DNA of 64,000 nt from Eledone cirrhosa (lineage: Eukaryota): NCBI GenBank assembly GCA_964016885.1, contig OZ024740.1, forward strand, positions 132,308,001-132,372,000. Direction: 5' to 3'. This document shows, one piece after another, positions 1 through 11,616 of the stretch. Numbering within the stretch: position 1 is the stretch's first letter; each line of letters starts with the position of its first letter. The position numbers and the translations under genes were made by a program. Below the pieces are notes generated by a model. That model was not told where the DNA came from, searched no databases, and was given only the letters and a program-made list of their open reading frames with translations.

Positions 1-1620
1 TTTTATTCAGTCTGTCTATATATTTATTTATTTATTTGCTTGTTTGTTTATTTTATTTTGTCTTCTTTGCGCATGCGTTTGCGTGTATGTATTGTGTTGT
101 GTTTGCTGTGTGATGGGTGACTAGTGTGTGTTTATGTGCTTGTTGTTATTGTGCTTGTGTATGTATTTATTTATTTATTTATTTTATTTTATTTACTTAT
201 TTATACTTCTCTTAGGTCAGTGTTGTTTGTTTGGGTGTTGTTGTTATTCCATTCATTCTTTCTGTTTAGCCTTGGTCTTCTACTTTCTATTTCACTGGCC
301 TCTCTGATTTTCCTGTCTGCTGGGTCATTTCTATGTTTAGATATTATTCTAATTTCTATGTTGTCTATGTTACCGTCATGTTGTTGTCTAGCATGTTCGT
401 ATATTACCGACCCGTTTTTTCGTCCTTTTAGCTCCCCCCAGGGTTGGTCTATCCTTTCACCTATGCTACGAGCTGTCTCACCTATGTATGTTGTTGCATG
501 TATCTGCAAGTACCCTCTGTACATCTTATGCTATAGACTACGTTTCTAGTTTTTCAGTTTATCCGGGGGTTCACCTTACATGTGATACATTTCCTATTTT
601 TAGAAGTGAGTTTTCTTAAAAGGGTAGGTTTTGCTGATCAGGGATTTTATGGCGTTTCCTGGCTTTTCTACCACCTTTATTTTTGAGTGGGTCTTTCTCA
701 GGGCCTTTCTACACTGGTTAGCGTCCACAAATATGACACTCTGGTATCTCTGGTGGCTTTCCCTATCTTATGTCTAGCCCTATCTAAGCTATTCCATGAT
801 TTGCTCCTGTATAATGGGCAAATTCCTTTCATGTCCAGTTCTATGAGGGTCTTATACTTCTCCATGGCTCCTTCGAATACTCTGATTCTGTCTCTTTGGT
901 TGTAGCCTGAGAACTGCATGCGGTTGATGAAGTGTTGGATGTGTCTTTCCATTTCTGTTGGGTCGCAGATTCGGGACACATTCTTCATCACTCGTACCAA
1001 ATCTGCGATCAGAATATTAAAATTAGCACTACTGGACATTGCTGAGTTTTTGAGTATCGGGTATTTGGAGGCCATGGGTTTAGCATAGTGTGAGTGGAGA
1101 ATTTGGGCTCTCTCGTCTATAGTGTTAATCCAGAGTTCTGTGTCTAATACAGGTAGTCTATTGTTAGGGTGTTTGGAAGGGAAGTCGATAGTTACAGTTA
1201 TACTCTGGTGTATGGAATTAGCTATCTGCTGGATGCTTTCCATCGTGCTACGTTCTAAATCAAACTTGTTAGTGCTCTCTAGTGGGGTTGTTCTTATAAC
1301 TATATTGATATGGTCTACATAACGTGAGTACATGATGAGGTCTATGGAGCTCTCATTAAGGAGATCTTTAAGTCTCCTTTCACACCATACCATGAAAAGG
1401 TTGGCAACATCACCAGCTACGCTGACGCCGATGGCTGCTCCCTCATTTTAGGTGTAAATCTTCTCGTTGAACTTAAGTATGTGGCCCTTTAGGGTAGTTT
1501 TGATACTAGCCTCTACTGCATGTGCGACCATTTTTCTTACCTGATCATCGTTTTGGCGGGTCTGTATAGCTTGGGTCCACCCAATCCACCTTCCCATGGG
1601 AGTCTTTTTTGCCATTGAGG
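1..1620 (-). mobile_element. Penelope-like retroelement (Neptune-like), 5'-truncated and degenerate; 3' UTR runs off the window
   Basis: The minus strand encodes RT motifs GAAIGVSVAGDVANLFMVW (~1370-1445), YSRYVDHI and LPVLDTEL (ORF 698-1393), the linker KVVEKPG..IKSL (~640-685) and the GIY-YIG half TTYIGETARSIGERI...RKIREA (ORF 201-524). Stops and frameshifts are present. Confidence 0.85.
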
Positions 1621-1773
1621 TTATATATATATATATTTAGTAAGTATGTTTTTGAAAGAGTGAGCAGGTTTGAAATTAGGAAATAGAATAGCTTTCACCG
1701 TATTTTTGACTAAAGGAATTTTAGCCTGATAATGGGATTTAGAACCCTCAGATAAATGGAAAAAGATGAGTAT

Positions 1774-1844
1774 TGACGTACATGGGAGTCGATCCCACAT
1801 CTTTGGTTATCGCGACCACTGTGCTACCATTACACCAACACATC
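1774..1844 (-). pseudogene. tRNA-like sequence (Gln-like D arm, non-canonical anticodon loop), copy 1
   Basis: GATGTGT-TG-GTGT AATGGTA GCAC-A-GTGGT CGCGATA ACCAA-AGAT-GTGGG ATCGACT CCCAT-GTACGTC-A. It has an A box, a near-consensus B box and TTTTT about 10 nt downstream. Confidence 0.6.
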
Positions 1845-2034
1845 ACCCATCTCTTTCCATTCAAATTAGAAGCTACATTCTTAGCGAGTTTAAATGGCAA
1901 GAAAGTATGTTTTTGAAAGAGTGAGCAGGTTTGAAATTAGAAAATAGAATAGCTTTCAACGTATTTTTGACTAAAGGAATGTTAGCCTGATAATGGGGAT
2001 TAGAACCCTCAGATAAATGGAAAAAGATGAGGAT

Positions 2035-2105
2035 TGATGTACATGGGAATCGAACCCACATCTTTGATTATCGTGACCACTCTGCTACCATTACAACAAC
2101 ACATT
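2035..2105 (-). pseudogene. tRNA-like sequence, copy 2
   Basis: Second unit of the tandem, with a perfect B box GGTTCGATTCC; the D arm is more decayed. Confidence 0.55.
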
Positions 2106-2247
2106 ACCCATCACTTTCCATTCAAATTAGAAGTTACATTCTTAGCGAGTTTAAATGGCAAGTAAGTATGTTTTTGAAACAGTGAGCAGGTTTGAAATTA
2201 GAAAAAAGAATAGCTTTCACCGTATGTTTGACTAAAGGAATTTTAGC

Positions 2248-2311
<64 letters not shown>

Positions 2312-2399
2312 TTATTACCCATTTTACTACCCAAATTATTGAGTAGTCTGGTGCGTTATGTTCCACCTGGTTCTTTACCACACTACCTTCGATAATTTA

Positions 2400-2559
<160 letters not shown>

Positions 2560-2611
2560 TATAGATATATATATATATATACATACACTCACACACACAG
2601 ATATATATATA

Positions 2612-2790
2612 TATATCATAAAACATGTCTATAGAATCACAAGATAAAATATATACTATTTCCTCTCCCAATTAGCCTAATTAACTCTATAAAAAATCGA
2701 ATAGACCAGGCTATAAGAATGAGGCTTCTATGAAGAAATCTCCGACAAATAACCAAAACTAGCGCTTCGCGTCGGCCGCAGTGGAATATT
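2612..2790 (-). repeat. Fragment of the 650-bp HHR-bearing repeat family found at 41518-42302
   Basis: Its reverse complement matches ~42130-42302 (gagatttcttcatag...ctatagacatg.tttatgat). Confidence 0.75.
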
Positions 2791-2828
2791 TATCGAATAT
2801 TTCGACAGCGTATATATATATATATATA

Positions 2829-3678
2829 TTAAAATAAGACATTAAAGTTAAAGCAAAGAATCGCTGCTTTCACCCTTAACGGATCTTCTGAAACTAAAAA
2901 AGTCAATCTGTGAACGCAGAAGTAAATATTTCAAAAAAACGTTGCAACCGGAGGAAAACATGAAGACGATACTTTGGTTCGTGGAATCGTTCCCTGGGAA
3001 AGAACGGGAAAAAAACGAAGATAATACGTCATATTTTGGAGCGGTGAAAACAATTAAAAACAAAGACAAAATCACGTTTATGGTATAAATGAAGACGTAG
3101 ACTAATATTCTATTAGGTGGTTCATGGAGACGTTCTCCGGCAATGAACGGAAAAAACGAAGATAATACGTCATTATGTGGGCGGTGAGAACAAACAAAAA
3201 ACCACGTAAATGGTATAACTAACATTCTAACTTGGAAACCGAATGTTTCTCGGCTTCAGAGTAAATAAAGTAAATAAAATACAGACGTAATTGAAATTAA
3301 ATAAATACATACACGCATCCATATACGTACATACACAATCATACGAGATAACACTCGCCATAGGTATACACATACAGACACGTACACAGAAAAACCCGCA
3401 CGCACATACAGAACCCACACCACGCCAGTACCCGCGCACATACGAACGTATACACCAAATATACATAAAAATATATATTTAAAAACAATATATATATATC
3501 TGTGTGTGTGCGTGTATACATATAATTAAATAAACGTATATAAATAAATAAATACGTATATAACGCGCGGACACACAGATACCTACATGTAAATACACAT
3601 ATGTTCCCATATTTGATATATATTTATCCTTATCGAGTCCTCTTTGGATTTTACTCTTCAAATTTATTATTATTACTA
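2829..3678. repeat. Interspersed repeat; internally deleted copy at 42375-42500, end fragment at 25933-25977
   Basis: The ends aaaataa..attaaagtt.aagcaaagaatcgctgctttca and gatatatatttatccttatcgag.cctctttggatttt are shared and are joined directly at ~42435. Confidence 0.7.
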
Positions 3679-3737
3679 TGTATATATATATACATATATA
3701 TGTATGTGTGTTTGTGTGTGTGTTTGTGTGTGCATGT

Positions 3738-3771
<34 letters not shown>

Positions 3772-5217
3772 ATTTGCATGGATGATTGTGTTTGTATAAT
3801 ATTAAATGTAGATATACACACAGATTTATGTAAATACAGACAAACCCGATCCTATAAATAACTAAATAAATTGAATTTGAGAATTTGGTCGATCATATGA
3901 AATTCCATAAAGTAAATATAATGCTTTCATAAATTTTGTGAAAAAGCTTTAAAACCTATCTGTCAATTTAGAAAGGTTTGACATTATAAGCTAAAATAAA
4001 GTTAAAGGGCAATGATGTAAAAGCATGTCAAAATAAAATTTACACAATAATCACGTTTTCTGTATAGCCAAGCTGTGCTTGACATTTCAATTAGTGTTTC
4101 TTCGTGATTTATTTAAAATGTTTTCAAATATATTTATCCATTTCCTTAAAAATAAAATTTACCAATATTTTCTTTGCCGCAATATGTGCGTGAATCTCTA
4201 TTCGCATTCATTTATATATGTGGACTGCGAAATTATGTGTTATGTAAGAATTACATTTGTTTATTATGTTCAAAATTTATCCACTAGATGATGCATCATG
4301 TATTAGTTGCTTTTAGTAATTTTTTTTTTTTATGTTGTTGATAATGATTAACTTCAAATCATTTTTCGAACCAAAACATTCCTGTCACTTTCCCCAGCTA
4401 CATTACACATAGGGCCATTTTCTCTAGCAAATTTTACTTTTTTATATGTGTTGCGTGTTTTCGATGGATTGTTTGTTCTTAATTCGAACGTTTCTTGTGA
4501 TCATGCACTCGTTCCGCTCTAGGACCGGCCTAATTTTTATTTACAGTAAATGAGTTATGGTTCAAGCGACTCTTGATTTCGTTCATCATACCTCTTTGAG
4601 AAGGATGCTGAGAATAGATGGGCTGCATCGGATCTAAAATAATACATCATAAGCATGTGATACATTCAATAGACTTTACTTTGTTCCAGGTTAAATATAC
4701 GCGTAGAAACGACGCTGCTGCACTCCTTCATATTTATGTGAACCAAGGAAATATATGTTGAATAATATACCTGGAAAGATAATCACATACCTGCATTAAA
4801 CAATGAGAACATTTAGATTTAGAAGTTTAATATTTTATCAACTCAATCAATTGATCGTTATATTCATCACAATAACCCCTCATCAATTAAACCAGGACAA
4901 ATAACTCAGGTTAAACACGAAGATCGGATACAGTTGGAAGTGCATATGCCGTGTAAAAGTAAAATGATGCTCATGTTGTACTTATATCATCTTCAGGAAA
5001 AGAACCCCATTTTAAATAGATGAGACAGCTATATATTCGTGTTAATATGTGAATTCTGAAAATGGTATCAATATGTCACTATATATCTCATTAATATGAA
5101 TTGCACTTAAATGGTAACCGTATTTCACAAAGGTGTATTGCATGAAATTATTTCCCTTTATTATTCTATACGGTGAATTTCTTTTTAATATACCTTGGAA
5201 ATAATATAAATAAACAT

Positions 5218-5408
5218 ATAATTGTTTCTACTTTAGACACAAGGCCAGCAAATACCCAGTGCATTACTGGTACTTTATATTAACGACCCCGTAAGGATGA
5301 AAGGCAAAGTTAACCTTGGCGGGATTTGAACTCAGATCGTAAAGGGACGTAACTATGCTGGAAAGCATGGCGTCCGACGCTCTACCGATACTGCCAATCC
5401 ACCGCCTT
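5218..5408 (-). mobile_element. tRNA-derived SINE (family A, Meta-domain-like centre)
   Basis: Head with A box TGGCAGTATCGG and B box GAGTTCAAATCC, centre GCCTTTCATCCTTACGGGGTCG..AAAGTACCAG. Eight copies in the window. Confidence 0.9.
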
Positions 5409-6631
5409 GCCATAAACATATAATGGGTAGTTGTCAGCAAAAAACAAGCAAACAAAGACGTCAAATGTTTTAGTGAATAATTTCAATATCCAACAGTGAA
5501 ATAGTTTAAATGAATAGCTGTTTCTTTGATTCTTGTGTAGGCTAGTGTCATGGAAAGCAGAAACCGAGATTTCTAAAGCAGTAAAAGACGAAGACAACAT
5601 GAGAGTAGACAAATACATATATTGTGAGGACAGAAAATTATAAGGATGGGATTTAATTATTTAATGCAGAATATATTGATTCAAAGGATTCTAATGTGGA
5701 GTTAATGAAATGGATAATGGCTTTGGTACATCATTCAAAGCTAAAGGCGATGAAGTCTCTCTTTTAGCGTCTCCGGGAGAATATATTCTCCGGGAGAATG
5801 TATTCTCCATCTTACCAGTTGTGTCGAAGAGGCGGAGGTTATGAGAGTTAGAGGTGGAGGATAATCGTTCGGATGCCACACCTCTACACAGGTACGCAAT
5901 CACTTACATACTAACGTTTGAAATCCAATAGATCGAATCTCATTCAAATTAAACGATTTGTATTGGTGGGAGCGCATGCGAGCCCTATGCTTTCTATATG
6001 GAATTTTACTCGAATTTCTAACGATAACATTCCAAGTGTGGCCATGAATTGGCACATTTGAAAATTTCAAATCAGCCAACTTTTTTAATACAACGTGCAT
6101 ATACACATATACATAAATATATATATATATATATATGTATATATATTAACATATTCATTTGTTTCCTTTACCGGTTTCAGAGCTCTTATGCTTTTCAAAA
6201 GAGGGCGAGCTTTTCAACTATCGGCGGGTATCTGAAAGGTTTCTTCTAGAGCTTGTAGCAAAGGTAAACAACAGATGTCACGTGTTGTCCATCTCCGCCA
6301 GAACCTTTTACCCTCGGTAACACCCCAGTTGATGGATGCGAAATCCGAAATATACGGACAATTAATTCACTTTCAAGTTAACTCTATCTCATGTTATTTT
6401 TTACACTTTTTCTCCGCTTCTTTACGTTTTGTGCGTCTCTTTCTTCGCTTCCTCTCACATCTCTCTCTCATTACCACCTGATTCTCTGACCCGGAGATTT
6501 ACCCATCTGCATTGTTGAGGCCTCCAGCCCGACCATTTATAAATATAACAGTCGATCGACAAGATCCCAGACCTCATTCGCTTAACGACTCGGCTGGAGC
6601 TCGTCAAATCGGATCGAGGAAACAATATTCC

Positions 6632-6805
6632 CTTAGTCTTTCAAATGGCTAATATTACCTACCGATCGCACATCAAGACAGAAGAAGCAACCTGAAATGA
6701 AGCGACTTGCCCAAGGGCATAACGCATTTACCTGTCCGGGAATTGAACTTACAGCTTCCCGATCGCGAATCCGATTCTCTAAATACCCAGACACGTGCCT
6801 TGACG
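6632..6805 (-). mobile_element. tRNA-derived CORE-type SINE (family B)
   Basis: B box AGTTCAATTCC followed by CORE-like CCCTTGGGCAAGTCGCTTCATTTC. Confidence 0.7.
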
Positions 6806-6858
6806 CTAAATATATATATATATATATATAGTGAGAGAGACACAGAGAGAGAGATAGA

Positions 6859-6929
<71 letters not shown>

Positions 6930-7078
6930 GTAGAACACTGGAAGGTAATATCCGTATTGGTAGGGCACTCAGTTCACGGGACGAGTTTGATAGAAGTAGA
7001 AACACAAGAGTTTGTCCACCATATCGAGAACAATTGATCTCGGTATGTTTAACTAACTGTTGTGTTTCTACCCCCCCC

Positions 7079-7127
<49 letters not shown>

Positions 7128-7128
<1 letters not shown>

Positions 7129-7520
7129 GACCTAAGAGAAGTATAAATAAGTAAATAAAATAAAATAAATAAATAAATAAATAAATAAATACATACACAA
7201 GCACAATAACAACAAGCACATAAACACACACTAGTCACCCATCGCACATCAAACAAAACACTATACACACACGCAAACGCATGCGCGAAGAAGACAAAAT
7301 AAATTTTAAAAAATAAACAAACAGCAAATAAATAAAGAAATATATAGACAGACTGAATAAAAATGGCGTAGACATACAATGCAACGGGAGGAAACGATAG
7401 CACCACTGACGATGTTGCAGACGTGCAACGAAAGATTTATGATAAACTATATATATGTGTTTGTGTCTATATTGTATCTGTATTATTTTTGACCGTCGGT
7501 CAGTCAATGGCAACATTTAG
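7128..7520 (+). mobile_element. Solo 3' end (pLTR) of the Neptune-like PLE at 1-1620
   Basis: 7128-7362 is the reverse complement of 1-218, starting at the last codons of the GIY-YIG ORF. It follows (TA)n and contains an HHR motif. Confidence 0.85.
7401..7455 (+). ncRNA. Hammerhead ribozyme motif (type I, weak stem I)
   Basis: CUGACGA (7406) + U + GUUGCA-GACG-UGCAAC + GAAA (7430) + AG(A)UUUAU-G-AUAAACU + A; putative CUA site. Confidence 0.6.
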
Positions 7521-7644
7521 GACCGAGTAAGTTAGATTACCGATATAAAAGTCACAGAAGCGAGAAGGGAAAACCAACCAAACAGTGAGTGTGTTCTGTT
7601 ATTAATTCTGGCAATATTACACAAATAATACCCTCCCCAAGTAT

Positions 7645-7735
<91 letters not shown>

Positions 7736-7790
7736 GAAGTTATAGATCACTTGAAGCCTTGTGTAATGAGGTATAAACGTCTGTATATGG

Positions 7791-7980
7791 ATAATAGTTT
7801 CTTCATTAGGCACAAGGCCACCAATTACCCTTTACATTACTGGCACTTTATTTTATCGACCCCGTAAGGAAGAAAGGCAAAGTTAACCTAGGCGGGATTT
7901 AAACTCAGACTCTAAAGGGACGTAACTATGCTAGAAAGTATGGTGTCTGACACTCTACCGATTCTGCCAATCTACCACCC
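7791..7980 (-). mobile_element. SINE family A
   Basis: Full-length match to 5218-5408. Confidence 0.9.
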
Positions 7981-7982
7981 TA

Positions 7983-8287
7983 TGTATATGTATAATAAGG
8001 CCAAAACAATACAGGTATGGACATAGAATAAAGAATGCAAATGCACGAGATATTGTTGTCAATTAGTCTTTTACCTTAGATATATTTATATTTCCTTAAT
8101 TTTCGAGATAATATATCATCTTCGGAGGGAAGTAAAGCGGTTAAACCAGTGTTCTAAATAGCTTGCCAAGTCATGCCGACAGGAAATGGTATAAGGTAAA
8201 AGACTAATTGTCAACAATATCTTTTGCATTTGAAATATTTATGCTATGTCCATACCTGCATTGTTTTGGCTTTATTATACATATACA
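7983..8287. repeat. Imperfect inverted repeat (arms ~7983-8078 / 8192-8287)
   Basis: The arms are reverse complements with scattered mismatches. Confidence 0.8.
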
Positions 8288-8452
8288 AAGATATATATAT
8301 ATATATATATAATTAGTAAATTTGTATTCCAATGTAACTAAGTAGTTGCATTGGATTGAGTCAACCGACGTCAGAGATTGCTCAACGTATAATAAAGTGT
8401 GGAAAATATGGAGAAGTTTACGAAATGGAAATGCGGGTATTTAGAATTTATT

Positions 8453-8569
8453 AGGTAACAATTGTTTCTATAGTGTATGGGTTACCTATACCTCGCTATT
8501 TGAATAATATAGAAATATTATCATAAACCGAAGGTACACTGTAAGCACACACACCATGTCTTCAGACCT
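8453..8569 (-). ncRNA. Hammerhead ribozyme, long stem II (inverted copy of 11349-11465)
   Basis: Same core and stems as the copy at 11349. Confidence 0.8.
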
Positions 8570-8656
8570 TTGTATTAGAATGATATGAAAATATTTTATA
8601 CACTAGATAAAAGATAAAGAAAGAGGTAGGAAGAGAAGGGGAAGAGGGAAGGGGAA

Positions 8657-10939
8657 ATGGAAAAACATCATTGTGGTATGTCCTTAAAAAACATACCCAT
8701 TCAGGGTAAAAAGGATTACATTCTTGGTATGATACAAAGGACCAACGAATTTATTCGGCGGATTAGATGGAAGGCCTTCCACTTCGATAGGAAAAGGATT
8801 ACACAAACTTCGGACACCAACAACGATAAGTTTGGTTTCAAATCCTACAAAAACCCACCCTCTAACCCTCTTTTGGATTCTTTCGAACAGGACTTAATGA
8901 AAATGATGACCGGAATCAAATTTACAAACGGAAGGAAAAACGAACTGCAACGAGATATTAAAACTCTACTCGACAACCTAAGGAATACCAAAGGAATTAT
9001 CATAAAGGCAGACAAAACATCGAATCTATACACCCTGGATGTAGAAACATATAACAATTTTATACGTAAGGAATTACATAGGAAGTACAAAAAAACAAAC
9101 GCAACTACACTAACCAACATTAATAACGCAGCATGTGTTATTGTTAGGAAACTGAAAATTGACGACCGAACGGTACCCCTATCCCCAGCTACACCGACTT
9201 TTAATCTGAAGGACCATAAGGATAACTTTGATACTAACCCTAAAATTAGATTAATATGTCCTTCAAAGTCCGATATTGGTAGAATTAGTAAGTACATATT
9301 AGATCGTATTATACCCCAAGGTAAGGCTATGGTAGATATTAAATTATGGGGTAATACTCATCAGGCAATAAGATGGTTCAATAGCATTAGGGACAAAAAT
9401 AAATCTTCTTTTATTCAATTCGATATAGATGAATACTATTCCTCTATTTCACCCGAAACCCTGCATAAGGCCCTCTCTTTCGCTAAGACTAACTCGGACC
9501 TCACAAACGATGAAATTAATATTATACTTGAAGCTAGACGCACAGTAGTGCACTTTGAAAATAGTTATTGGGTCCGCAGCGATAGACCCTCGGAATTCGA
9601 CATTACGATGGGTTCTAATGATTCGGCGGAGGTCACGGATTTGGTTGGGATCTATACAGCCCATAGACTCCAGAGCGAATTTACGGACCTCCACGGCGGA
9701 ATATACCGCGACGATACACTTCTATTAGTCAAGAATATGAACAAACAAAACCTAGAAAGGCGACGTAAAAACATTAGGAAACTTTGTTTAGAACTAGGGC
9801 TTAATATTACCTTCGAACACAATCTTAAGGTGGTCAACTTCTTAGATGTCACCTTCAACCTTAATAACGGTAATATAGAGCCATTTCACAAACTTAATGA
9901 AAATCTTAAGTACCTTAATGTAAAATCGAACCATCCTCATTCCATTATTAAATCTATCCCTAAAAATATATCCATAAGGATCTCCCGACTGTCGTCTAAG
10001 TTGCAGACCTTCAACGAGCATGCTGAATATTATAATAACGCACTTAGAAAAGCTGGTTACTGCGAGAAAATTGAATATCTAGACGATAACCACATAAGTA
10101 CTATGAATAAAACACATCTAAGTCGAACTAGTATTGCACCACACACACACATCAATAGGCATACTAATAGGTGAAAACCAGCAAATAGAGTCAGACGCAG
10201 AGAGTACATATGGTATAACCCCGTGTACAATTCTTCTATTAGCACTAAGATTATCTCACAATTCTATACACTAATAAATAAACACTTTACAACTTCACAT
10301 AAATACTATAAAATCTTTAACTCGCGCACCATTAGACTCTCATACTCCACTGCACCTAACATAGAACAACTAATTAGAAAACTCAACTCAGCAATACTGA
10401 ATAAGTACATCCCTAATGACTTAGCGCACCAGCATAGCAACATACAACGCACTAACACGCAACCACAACCCCACCAAACTATCCAGGATTCTACTGCAAA
10501 ACATAAAAATAATTGTAACTGCACCAAACCAGGTACGTTCCCACTGAATAACCAGTGCCTAGCACACAATATTGTCTACCGATGTACAATAAATTCCGGT
10601 ACCAACAAATGGTATTACGTCGGATTTACCGCAACCTCTTTCAAGGCCAGCTTATACCAACATCGATCTTCGATCAGGCACGAGAAAATGCGCTCCGTAA
10701 CAACCCTCGCCGATAAAGCCTGGCAGCTTCGGAGGAACAATCAAGCGTTCTCCCTTGATTGGCAAATTATTGCAGCTGCGCCTGCATATCAGCAAAATCA
10801 TCAATTCTGCAAGTTATGCAATTTAGAGATATACTGCATTTTAACGTCGGTAAACAAACTTTTGAACAGCAAAATTGAACGTTCTCTATACTGTAACCAT
10901 CGTTTGAAAACGACTTTTTCTTTTTTTAAATGCATATAA
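8657..10939 (+). pseudogene. PLE RT-GIY-YIG polyprotein interrupted by one in-frame TGA (10172-10174)
   Basis: ORFs 8657-10174 and 10223-10939 share a frame. Motifs: SLKNIPI, IKADKT, FDIDEYY, MGSNDSAE, YRDD, VNFLDVT, SNHP, IWYNP, CNC, NIVYRC/YYVG, CKLC. The endonuclease FKxR arginine reads FKAS and CPL reads FPL. Confidence 0.9.
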
Positions 10940-11348
10940 TGTTACCTTTTTACACCACCGTTGCAAATTTCTGTCTTATATGTTTATACACAGGATATGG
11001 CTTTCTATAATAATAGTACTAAACACTGTTTTTCTGGACCCCTTTAGAAATAACCTGCTACTATAATAGCCCTAATAACTTGTCTGTGACACTGTACCAC
11101 TTTGACCCCTTTAACTAAATTTTGTCCGAACAACACCACTAGAAGTATCTACTTCCCCGCCAACCTTAGCACGCTCCATTAAGCTAACTGCTGCCAAAAC
11201 ATTCTCTCCTCACTGTCTCTACCAGTCTGACAGTCTTAAATCCTAAGACTCCCTCCACCTTACTCACTTCCCTCTTCCCCTTCTCTTCCTACCTCCTTCT
11301 TTATCTTTTATCTAGTGTATAAAATATTTTCATATCATTCTAATACAA

Positions 11349-11465
11349 AGGTCTGAAGACATGGTGTGTGTGCTTACAGTGTACCTTCGGTTTATGATAA
11401 TATTTGTATATTATTCAAATAGCGAGGTATAGGTAACCCATACACTATAGAAACAATTGTTACCT
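11349..11465 (+). ncRNA. Hammerhead ribozyme type I with ~90-nt stem II
   Basis: AGGU-CUGAAGA (11353)-C-AUGGUGUGUG...CAUACACUAU-A-GAAAC (11450)-AAUU-GUU-ACCU. Stem I has 4 bp, the base of stem II 10 bp, and stem III is the palindrome AACAAUUGUU. Confidence 0.8.
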
Positions 11466-11578
11466 AACCAATTCTAAATACCCGCATTTCCATTTCGTAA
11501 ACTTCTCCATATATATTTATATATATATATTAAGAGAGTAAAACAAAGAATCCTTTAAAACATCAAAAGTTTTTATTA

Positions 11579-11616
11579 GCCGACAATGTTTCGTCCTATT
11601 AAGGACTCATCAGGGC
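11579..11616 (-). ncRNA. Minimal hammerhead ribozyme (inverted copy of 16961-16998)
   Basis: Exact reverse complement of the motif at 16961. Confidence 0.9.

Larger units (their letters stand above)
1640..2250 (-). repeat. Tandem repeat, 261-bp unit x ~2.3, flanked by (TA)n; each full unit carries a tRNA-like cloverleaf
   Basis: Unit starts recur at 1640, 1901 and 2162. A related sequence occurs in inverted arrangement at ~54770-55015. Confidence 0.9.
8405..11512 (+). mobile_element. Near full-length Naiad-type Penelope-like element with an inverted 5' copy of its 3' end (8405-8651 / 11267-11512)
   Basis: RT plus GIY-YIG ORF, ~250-bp inverted terminal arms each containing an HHR, and a 3' end in (TA)n. 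Confidence 0.92.

Noticed and set aside
1697-1759. Type III hammerhead-like three-way junction in the 261-bp unit (CUGAUAA...GAUAA)
   Set aside because: All copies deviate at essential core positions and there is no NUH triplet at the expected place.
2855-2895. CAGAAGA-UCCGUUAAGGGU-GAAA on the minus strand
   Set aside because: The core is mutated and there is no valid cleavage triplet; at most a relic.
5541-5903. Possible host exons (AG acceptor at 5540; 70-aa minus-strand ORF)
   Set aside because: No recognisable domain, in-frame stops on the plus strand and no consistent exon chain.
6161-6270. GAAAC-CG-GUA on the minus strand (similar at 17690 and 57665)
   Set aside because: No CUGANGA upstream; it folds as a simple long hairpin.
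8090-8130. CCGAAGA...CGAAA motif on the minus strand
   Set aside because: The core is mutated and stems I and III do not form.
10940-11512. SECIS element that would recode the TGA at 10172
   Set aside because: No AUGA/GA kink-turn with apical AA found by eye; the long hairpin here is HHR stem II.
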